Positions 52,961 to 64,000 of a stretch of 64,000 nucleotides of DNA are shown piece after piece. The notes below the pieces were generated by a model. That model searched no databases, was not told the DNA's origin, and saw nothing but the letters and a program-made list of their open reading frames with translations. The stretch's first letter is position 1. Every line of letters starts with the position of its first letter. Origin of the DNA: Chrysomallon squamiferum (lineage: Eukaryota; Animalia; Mollusca). A program made the translations under genes and the position numbers. Where the stretch lies: the NCBI GenBank assembly GCA_012295275.1, contig CM022679.1, forward strand, positions 2,480,001 to 2,544,000, in the 5' to 3' direction.

Positions 52961-55225
52961 AAAGTTTGAAAAACGACTAGTAAAATAAAAAAAGAAAAAA
53001 AAACGATTTCTTTAAGACGTAATAAAAATAAAGATAAAAAAACTAAAATATTTAAAAGAACAAGCGATTTGAAATCATTTAGAAGTGTGTTAATGTTACA
53101 TGAATACCTACGTAATACTGATACGATAACAGCTGCGTTCAGTGAAAATTTCAGTATCTTCACCTTGCCCCGCCATCATTAGGAGATTAAGGGTGGAAAA
53201 CAGATTTTCTTTTCTAAAATTCCAAAAATAAACATAAAAGACTTCGCCTGTTTGAACACAGATTTCTGAGCTGCTATCGCTGCTTGATGTTCGAGGTTGT
53301 ATTGAAGGGGTAGAATTGACAGATACAACTTCCGCGAAACAAAACAGATTTTTCTGCACTAGTAAATGTCACACTGTCTCTCTCTCTCAAAACAAGAAAA
53401 AAAGAAAAAAGAAAGAAGCCATCTCTGCCATTTATGACGTAGTTTATTCAATATCATTAGCTGTAAAATAAGTTTGTTCGCGCTGAAATGTAAATATAGT
53501 ATAGCACGAACTTTGATGTTTACAAATAATAATTGTTGCATCTTCACATTCAATATGTCATCCAGTTCGTTACATATGTACCACCTAATAAAGATCATCT
53601 TTAAAGTAAATATGTTGTGATATAAACATATATTAAAACTAAATAGTGCATATTTCCAAGTGATTATTATATTTGAATGTAACAATAACTGTATGAACAC
53701 TGAGACTAAATATATTCTAGTCACTTCCATAATATTGTATTTTGCAGTAAACTGTATCAAATTGTGTTGTCGAATAAACACATACAGCCCACAAACATAT
53801 ATCGATATATAATCAAATAACGTACGTACAGATAACATCTATGTACAGTCATCAAACAAACATACGTAAACTATATAATTCATACATACATACATAGATA
53901 CATATATTTATGGATGGATCAATAAATAAAATAAGCAAAGGTAAGAACAAATAAATAATAAAATAAAAAGTAAATAAATAAATAAACGTCACATCGATCA
54001 TCTCTCCGTTTTAACATTTATACTAGGTTTGATTAGTTTTTTTTTTTTTTTTTTTTTTTTTGTTGTTTTTTTTTTTCAATCGGTGTATTTTCTAAAGTTT
54101 CATGTATAATTCAGACGGTCGGCGTCGACTGCACTTCACGGGTTGTAATAAGCTCACAAACAATCGATACGAGAAAGACGACAGTTATTACAGGGATGTG
54201 AGACCAAATTACTGTCTCACGTAATTGGAGATGTAAAAATGTGTGTTTAATGACATCTCGGCTTTCTCGTTACTTCGTCGCTTCGGCTCGTACCGGAGTC
54301 GCTCGCTAGACGTATTGTTTACTTTTACCTGACGTCTTAACCAGTTCATTGTTCTACAAGGAATATGTTCACCTGTGCATATGAATTATGTCCGTTTGTC
54401 TCTCTGTATTCAGTGCAATAATCAAAATGGGAATGTGAGGAAGGCCAAAAATGTTAAAATTCACAGATTTTAAAGTGCGCCATTTTGTTTGTTTTTGCTT
54501 AAATTGTGTATATATCTTTATTTATACATTCATTCATTCAGTTATTCATTAATTCATTACTCTTCCTCAACTGTAATTCTTTCTTTCCTTTTCTTTTTGT
54601 CTTTAAGATTAAAAAAGTCACACAAAAAATGAAAATCACGTGACGTAGAAAAAGGACACGTCACCTTTGATCTTTATAATTAAGTATATAAAACTCCGCC
54701 CACCTTTAGCAGCAAGTTCATAATATTTACACATGTTTATTAAAAAGACTTCTGTGTACCAGTCTTTCAATCATAAAGACACAAATAAAGCTTTTGTTAA
54801 TTTCGTCACTTCCTACGCATCCGCCATTGTAACAAATTGTTATCAGCACGATGCATTTGTTTTCATTACTTACATTTTACCGTAATAAACTATTCTTAGT
54901 GAATGTCTTTTCTTATCAATGACAGAAAAAAACCACATTAAAATAAATAATTAAATATGTGTTTGTGTGTGTGTTATGTGGGAGTAGTACCAAAATATCA
55001 AATACGAAGTCAGATTTACATTACTGACATTAAAAACGTTAATTTGTTTGAAAATTTAAAAAAAAAAAAAAATCTTAATAAGATAAAAACATGTTTTATA
55101 TGTCTGTTTACATGTTTCTAAATAAAGTTTAATATATAAAGTTTTGTATTGTCAGATTTCAAAATTAGCTGCATGGATAATTGCTTATAAACACGTATAT
55201 GTGCGTGTGTGGGTATATATATGTG

Positions 55226-55336
<111 letters not shown>

Positions 55337-57030
55337 GCATATGCACATGTATTTTTTATACATACAAACATACACATATTTTCGCTCACAAATAAATCTT
55401 TACCAGTAATAGCTGCTTTCAGAATAGGTTTATAGAATGCGACATGTTTTTCAGACACTTCGATCCGTAGCTTTCGCAGTTGCTGTATTAAATACTGAAC
55501 AAAACTGTACACACCGTGTTAGTCCTTAAACATTCTTAAAGTGAATCAGGTCCAAAAATCAACAAAACAATTGTTGTGTACTATCAAAAGATTGTTCAGG
55601 TGTACACGTGGTCTGATAGCAATTTTTTTATATATATTATGCCTTCGCAGTGGTTTTTTTTTAACAGTTTTATGACAACGTTTGATTGTTTTAATCAGAA
55701 TATAAACGGCAGATTTCAGGAATTGTGTTATCTGTTTTTTGTCAGTGAGAATCTTCTATCTATATTTTGTATGTCTTTAAGTTGCACACTGATTACCGCT
55801 CTGTCACGTCACACAAACGTAAACCTACACCTACGACATACACTGGTATCCTACAGCACAGGCCTACACTTGTAACAACAACAGTAACTGAAAGAAGAAG
55901 AAGAAAAAAAGTTTAATTTAAAACGAGAGCCTTTATTATTAACTCTTTTTTTTTTTTAACGTTTTCTTTCGGTCGTTCGTTCGATCGTTCATTTGTTCTT
56001 CCGTTTGTTCATTTTTTTTTATTTTTCGTTTATTTAATCAAAATTTAATGCGCACTTTCTCTCAAACACTCTCATTATATGTTTTGAGAGCAGCGAGGTT
56101 TTTCAGGTAATTGAAATAAATAATTCAACACGTGAAAATTAATTCTAACAGGATTATATAACAACAGGCGACACGGTCAAATTAACAGTTAATGAAGCAT
56201 AACAGAATACTATTACAAAGTTATTTAATACCCGTATTATAATTACCGTTATTTGATGACTTCTCCGCAGAATTAACAAACAAATATGATTATAGCGCGG
56301 TAGTCATACGTTTTTGTTTAATGATATTTTTATCACACACACACATGTACATAGATACATACATATCTAGATAGAGAGATACGTAGACAGACAATAGACA
56401 GAGTGACAGAGATATGGACAAACACAGACAGATACACAGACGGATACATATATAAATAAATTGATTGCTGTTAAGTAACAATGACGTAACTTCTAATACA
56501 GACAGGAGACAAAAAGCAGATGCTATCTTGGGAAAAACTGACAACCCGGATTGTTAGGAGAACTGACCCTCAGTCTTTCACTCCTGATACCAGATGCTTA
56601 AAGAATACCTTGGGGAATATGAATAAATCATATAAAAAAAAAAAAATAAAAAAAAATAAAAAAATAAAACCAACGAAAAAGTAATAATAATAAAATAAAT
56701 AGAAAAATAAAACACAGCAAAAAGTATTTTAATCTATTGATCGTTACAACGAATGCTCAGGTTCTGCCTATTCCACTGGAAACTAGAGTGGAATGGTTTT
56801 TTGAATGTTCTAAAACTGCAGTGGAATAACATAGCGCAAATGACTCATTATTTTCCATGGCAACTGTAAATTAAGCATCTAAGTAATAATAAAATACAAA
56901 CAGGTTGATTGAAGTATAAAATAAATGATTTATAGACAGTGTAATTTATTGTTAAAAAAAAAAAAATCAATTTTACTGTGTATATTCAATTTGTTTCCTC
57001 GCTTTTCCCTGTTCTCACGTAACTCCCACA

Positions 57031-57061
<31 letters not shown>

Positions 57062-57744
57062 GTATATATATATAGACACATGATGTACATACCTCTTTCC
57101 ATCTCTCTGTCTTCTCTTTTCTTTCTCTCTCTCGTACTCTTTATCATTTTCTCTCTTTATTCACCAAATCTTTATCTTTCTGTTTTCTTTCTTTCTTTTT
57201 ATCTGTCATTTTTTCTTTCACTGCATCTCTCTGTTCTTTTATCTATATATTCTGGTAAGCTAATGTTCATCAACGACATGACGGCATTAAAAAACAACTG
57301 ACGTCATTAACAACGACACTGCATCATTACACTTCGCAGCTATCCTCTATCTAAATGAAATCAATGATACATCTGTACGACTTCTAAGTTCGCTCGAGCA
57401 TGTCCTGTTGCCATGATAACTTTCCGTTGCTAAGGAAAAGTTCATGTAATACTTCGTAATGATCTTAACCATAAAATCGTTTTATTTTTTTTATTTTTTA
57501 AATTACGTTGTGATGTAACTGATAAAATTCTAGCACAGATATTGTTCGCCGTATTCTAGTAAATCATACTCGGCTGCAGATTATACGTGACCAGTGAATT
57601 AAGATCTTAGATTTAAATGATCTATTTCGGGCAGTTTATTATGTCGTCTGTCGTTGCCGATGTGTGTAATCAGACGACGTTAAGCCGACGTGTTTATTAC
57701 TTACAATTTATTACAAGCTTTGTGTGTGAAGCGATATGAACTGA

Positions 57745-57980
57745 TGCGGCTGAAACTTCAATGCGGCCGAAACTTCAGTATGGCTGAAACTTCAAAGCGG
57801 CTGAAACTTCAATGCGGCCGAAACTTCATTGCGGCTGAAACTTCAATGTGGCCGAAACTTCAGTATGGCTGAAACTTCATTGCGGCTGAAACTTCAATGA
57901 TGCCGAGACTTCAGTATGGCTGAAACTTCAGAATGGCTGAGACTTCAGTGTAGCTGAACTCTTCAAGTGGTTGAAACCTT
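57745..57980. repeat. 17-bp minisatellite, about 13 copies
   Basis: Unit TGCGGC(T/C)GAAACTTCAA or TATGGCTGAAACTTCAG, decaying toward the 3' end. Confidence 0.95.
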
Positions 57981-58984
57981 TACGTGCCTGAAAGGTCCGT
58001 GTACTGAATGCAACCTTTGTGTGACCGAAATATTCATTTGACTGGAGCTGACAATATCGTGGCCTGTGTTTTCTGTGATATATATGTATGGAGGAAGTTG
58101 CAGATATATTAACAGACGCCTAGGTTCTGTATTTTCAGACATGGTAAAACAAATTCGAAATGTAATTTAATATTCAACAAATTTAAATATCTGTTTTCAC
58201 AAGAAGACACATATATTTTTTTTGGTTTGACGGATTGCTGAACGTTTTTTCTTCCTGTCTTTTTTCTAATTCTTTTTTCTTTTCTTTTCTTTTCTTTTCT
58301 TTCTTTCTTTCTTTCTTTCTTTCTTTATTTCATTTCATTTATTTATTTTTTATATTTTATTTTATTTTATTTATTTACATATTTATTTATTTATTCATTT
58401 ATTTTATTATTCCTACTTTTTATTTTATTTTTGTTCTATGTTACTGTTTATACAGGATTTGCTGATTTCTTTCGTGGTCTGACAGGGTGAGTGAATATTC
58501 TGTTTGTTTTATCTGATCAGTTATTTATTTATAAATTACGATTCATAACTAATAATGGTATCACATAGTGTATCTTTGTTTTAATCGTATCCTGTGTCAT
58601 CTCTTCTTTTATTCAGTTCTTTCTTTATTTTTTAAATTAGATTTACTATTTTCTTCCACATAATGCAAAGACGTATTTAAATACGGTTGTCATGGAAATT
58701 AACGAGTAGTTTACAACAGATTCTTTTTCCCCTTTCTTTTATCTTCTCTGATTCATTTAATTTTTCGTATCTGTTTGCAGATATAAAGATAATGATTTAT
58801 TTAAAAAAAAAACAAGTACATAAAACAAATTCAGTACACTCACATACCGACGGTTGGATCTGTGAATGGACAGATGATATATATTGAAAGAATGAATGAA
58901 TGAATGAAAGAAAGAAAGATTCTATTTTAGAATGAAATGGATTAAAACATTCATAGTTAATTATATATATGTATAGAAAGTGAA

Positions 58985-59038
<54 letters not shown>

Positions 59039-60068
59039 TGGAAGTGGCAATGTCGGAAACTAAACTACATTATCTTTTCTTTCAAAATCACCAACTCAGT
59101 AATTTATATTTAAAAATAATAAACTGAGACTGTTGTACGAAACTTCACTATGTGAAATCACAGCCATTGTAACTGACATTTACAACAACAAAAAAAGTTA
59201 AAAAAAATAAAAATAAATAAAAGACAAAAAGAAAGAAAACACAGCTATGTCCATAGAATGATGCAAAACCATAGCATTTACAAAACTGTTGTGACCAGAG
59301 CTGCCATCTCGTGCACGCTCTGAAACGTGCATTTCGAGAGAATTCGAGAGTACTGTACGACACTTGAGCCTTGAAACAACGTGTCGAAGTAGGCTTAAAA
59401 ATGATCGCTTTAGTTCGCTTACTGTAGTAATGTTAAAAAAAACCTTGACCGTCGTTCGACGAACGGAACTCAAGTCTGATATCTTCAGTTTGAAACAAAA
59501 ACCGTTGTACTGCGGCGGGCACAAAGAAAGGAACGGGAAGCAGCCATAAAGAGAAATACATAAATGAATAATGATGACGTGACCCGAGTGCAGTGACCTC
59601 AAAACGGCGTGGCACAAAATGCACAAATACACGAAGATGTAGTGTTCTTCTTACATGCCTTACAGCCCTGATGGAACCCCGAGGTTAAACTAGTGTATAA
59701 AACTAGCCAGAGAAATATTTGCAATTTAAACACGAACAATAATAGCTAATAACCAGAATCGTCTGCGACAGAAGTCTTAACGATTACCAGCCAATCAGTG
59801 CACACTTAAGCCCTTACAGCCGATACATTCTAATAGTAATTTCCAAAAGGCATATTTCATTTAAAACATGCGCCTGGGGTGGAACGTAATTGTACGTTTA
59901 ACTGTCGGCTCTAACACGTTCGATTACTGATACATCTCTGTTAGATTAGTGTGACTACAGATAAATCAATACTAGTACAACTTCGTTATGGAAAAACACT
60001 GGAATCTTATTGGCAATTATATCCAAACTCATAAACTCATTTCTTTCATTTCTTATCTGTTTCTACTT

Positions 60069-60184
<116 letters not shown>

Positions 60185-60496
60185 GTCTGCATTGTATATT
60201 TAGGTCATGTTTCAGTGAACTATTGACATGACAGATTTTATTAGCGGCTGTATTATGCGAGGGAGAAGCTAAGAATCCAATATCATAAATCTACTTAAAC
60301 ATTTCACAAGGGAACATTAATAATGAAACCAATTTGTGAAATCTCTTTAATTACAGACTGAACCTAAATCATATTATACTACATGCAAATTTATTTCGAC
60401 ACAACCCGAAGCATGTGCACGTGTACGCGTGCCATCGTTTTGTGCAGGTGCTCGTTTGTATGTATGGATGTGATTGTGTGTGGTGTTTGTGTATGA

Positions 60497-60553
<57 letters not shown>

Positions 60554-61313
60554 TGTCTGTCTGTATATAAATTTGTATATTTAAGAATGAGTGTCTTTGT
60601 GTGCCTTTAAAATAATAATAAATTTCACAACACTAATTGTTTTGTCTTTATCATTTTATTATTATTATTATTATTGTTATTTTTTTTTTTTCAGTATTAT
60701 TTTTCCTAATTTTACTGTCATAGTACGCATAGTAAATCTATTACAGTTACTAATATAGGCATTACTATAACTGTTGTTGTAGTTTTGCTGTTATGTAATC
60801 CTGATGTGAATCCATTTTCCGATTCATAAATATAGCCTTTTCTAAACGACAACTGTAGGTGTATGTGTGTTTGTATATACATCTGAGTGTGTTGTTTTTT
60901 CTGTATATGCATGTATGTATGTATGTATAAACATCTCTATGTTTTATGTATGTACGTATATCTGTCTGTGTTGTTTATTTACAAACTATAACATAGATAC
61001 ATACGACTTCTCTAATAAGTGATATTTACAGGAATTATGAAAAGGTGACATGTTTCGGGTGACTGTAGACTTGTTGTGGTGAGATAGGATTTTCTGGGAA
61101 TCAGGGGAATAGTTCGTTAGCCATTTATTTATAATTCGCCGTCTGGTGCTGCCCTCTGGGGAGTCATGGAGGCATTAGATGACATGGTGTTACCAATTTG
61201 CTCAGACATACGCTCGAACGGACACATTTGTCAATCAGGCGGAAGAGATTAGGAATGTACAGAGATTTTTGATAAAGGTTACGTATGTTGAAGATATTTG
61301 TCTACTGGGCTGT

Positions 61314-61474
61314 TTTTATCTCAACGTAGAATATAGAAAGAAATACATAAACACACACACACACACAGACATTATATATACATTATGTATCATGTATTAT
61401 TATTACTGAATTATATATATAATATGAGTATGTGTCTGTGTTTATGTATTTCTATATTCTACGTTGAGATAAAA
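61314..61474. repeat. Long inverted repeat (foldback or MITE-like)
   Basis: TTTTATCTCAACGTAGAATATAGAAA..ATACATAAACAC (from 61314) is the reverse complement of GTGTTTATGTATTTCTATATTCTACGTTGAGATAAAA (ending 61474). Confidence 0.85.
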
Positions 61475-62383
61475 TATTTATATATATACATGTATGTTAT
61501 ATACAGACCATATATATATTTCTATATTCTATATATACGATAAAATACAACATACATATATACACACATACTTATATACGTATAAACGTACAGTATAAAC
61601 GTACAAACTTATAAACACACACATTTTTTTTTTCAATATTTTTCGATCTCCTCAGCATCATTTTACCATTTCTTTTCTTTTTGTTTCGTTAATATAACAA
61701 CTCATTTGGTCTGCCCATGCTTGTATTAATAACAAAACAAAAAATGTAATGTACAAAATACAAATGATAATTTGTTTACGTGTCCATACAGGAAGTAAGA
61801 AATGTTCACGCTGTCTTGCAACTGAAATATCAAACCGAATACTATTAACTTGCAAGAATCAGGGTTTTCGCACACAGACATTTGAAAACATCATTATTTC
61901 TCGTCTTGAGACGCCAACCTTCGTTTTAAAACAACTCCCCACGGATCGGCTGTCATCACTAATGCTGGTGTCGTCGCTAATGTAAAGGCACGACAGCGTT
62001 AAACAACGGATCACGCTAAACGACCAACACGGGGTCAGAGCCGTTGTGGCTGTCAAAACGTCAGCGTGAGACCAGACGTCAGCAGCATATTTGAAAACGT
62101 TGGTGTGGTATGTTACTGATACCCTTAACTCACTTAGAAGAGGTATAATGGCTGACGGAAAGGGCAAATAACTGAAAGAAAATATTAATAAGGTAATAAA
62201 TACTGTGTTGATAAATGTATGTAAATGTACGCAATGAACTGGTGTTTGTGTCTGTATATGTTCGTCTTCACAGAAACCCATATGCAAGATTTTTATTATT
62301 TATTATTTTATTTTTTTTTGGAACAAATTTCTGTTGATATTGCGAAAAAGAAAAAACGGTTAACAATAATGCCAACAAATTAA

Positions 62384-62438
<55 letters not shown>

Positions 62439-63012
62439 AAATAATCATTGTGAAAGATCACTTTATGTGGAGGAGTAGGCCCCGAATGTTAATGTGTACG
62501 TTTTTATTCACAGAATTTCCACAATTATGAAATGCTTTTAGAGAAAACAAAAACTCTATAGTCGTACTTGCTGCATATTTAACGGGTGATAACTCTAGTT
62601 GTTCATGAACAACAGAACACGAGATGGGACATAATGGATGAATGACAATTAATAATAATCTATAAATCATACATATGATCGTTTCTTTGTTCAAGTCCAG
62701 TTTGATTATTTGTTCGTTAGGAATTGTTTTGCAAAGGTCAAATTGTAATTTGTTCTTTCAAAACAACTGTTCATTTGAAATCAGTTGTTTTTATTTTGTT
62801 TGGATTGTTACAAAACAATTTTTTTGTTCATTAATCCATTAACATTTTTCGCCTTCAGATATTGTACATTACTATAAAAACGAATGTCTTTTACTTATTT
62901 ACGTTCTTATTTGTTTATATATATATATATATTCATTCAAGTTTTAAATTGCTTGGATACAGGAAACAATATTTTCAAGATGGTGATTGAGACATATGCA
63001 ATTATACTTTGA

Positions 63013-63156
<144 letters not shown>

Positions 63157-63376
63157 GACAAACAGCGGCATATCTACGGAAACTAGCAAATATCATTTAG
63201 ATAACTCTACCATAATATAACTGGTTTCTCTGCACAGAATAAATACTAGAATCCGGTCAAAGCACGTACCCTAGGCCTTGCCTCCGATACATAAGATATG
63301 CCATTGCATATGCTTGTTATTTTAGAACAAAAATAAAATTGTTTTTGCTTCTTATATACATTCATTTTAAAATGAG

Positions 63377-63419
<43 letters not shown>

Positions 63420-64000
63420 AAATCAATAAATAATAATAATAAAAAAAAATACAAATAATAATAATAAAATAGAACGATAATAATAGTAATAAAAGAAACA
63501 AATATATATAAATAATAAAATATCATGAAAAAATATAATGAATAGCCCCCCTCCATCACCATCACTAGATCTGCGCCGTCTTTCGACTAAACACAATATA
63601 AATCCTCAATTTTTAATGGAAATAAACATCCATACAAAACCTATTCAGTTGTTTTTTCCTTCTAAATTATTCACGAACGCTGGCTTAGATCTGTTGTAAA
63701 TCTAACCATATCTTTTGCCACTGATGATGTAAAATTCTAACCAAGCGTTATCATTTATCATTTGGAAATAACACGGTTTTATTTGGAAGCCATAATCTAT
63801 CGTTTGGTAGCTAGCACTAAGAAACGTCATTACGTACATGTTTTCTGGCCGCTGTTCAAGAAACATGCGTAGAGATGTCAATCAGCCAGATTATTGATTT
63901 TTCTTCACTCTTGCTTAATGCAGGTGTCGTTAGTAGAACGCAGTAAGCTTCTGAATTCTGCATCTATTTAGAATGACTCACGCAATATATATCAAAGTGC

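Noticed and set aside
52671-53838. Cluster of minus-strand ORFs (77-159 aa)
   Set aside because: They have AT-rich composition, no recognisable domains, and no consistent exon chain.
57745-57980. CRISPR-like array
   Set aside because: The units are head-to-tail with no unique spacers, there are no cas genes, and the context is eukaryotic.

Overview
AT-rich, microsatellite-dense eukaryotic genomic DNA with spliceosomal GT-AG introns. It is most likely an invertebrate, and probably a gastropod mollusc judging from SINE remnants (inference from recalled sequence). I reconstructed five genes by hand. (1) The 3' part (12 exons, 232-6431, +) of a WD40-repeat gene of the WDR49/WDY (CFAP337-like) family. 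(2,3) A tandem pair of 4-exon minus-strand genes (9421-10079; 12781-13444), each encoding a 157-aa secreted precursor: signal peptide, a 34-aa cationic Trp/Arg-rich 4-Cys peptide, KRKR, two EF-hands and an Asp/Glu-rich tail. This is the most interesting system here, a candidate undescribed antimicrobial or defence peptide family with a Ca2+-binding anionic propiece. The pair is bracketed by two 128-bp direct repeats whose terminal stem shows a compensatory A-T to G-C change. (4,5) A tandem pair of inositol polyphosphate multikinase (IPMK-like) genes (17742-20712; 27016-29787, both minus, both 299 aa), one canonical and one with divergent motifs. From about 32 kb to the end I found no credible coding sequence. 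That part holds a putative TATA promoter and non-coding first exon at about 34.3 kb (+), followed by what is probably a very long intron with minisatellites, MITE/SINE remnants and microsatellites. All calls were made by eye; no searches were run.
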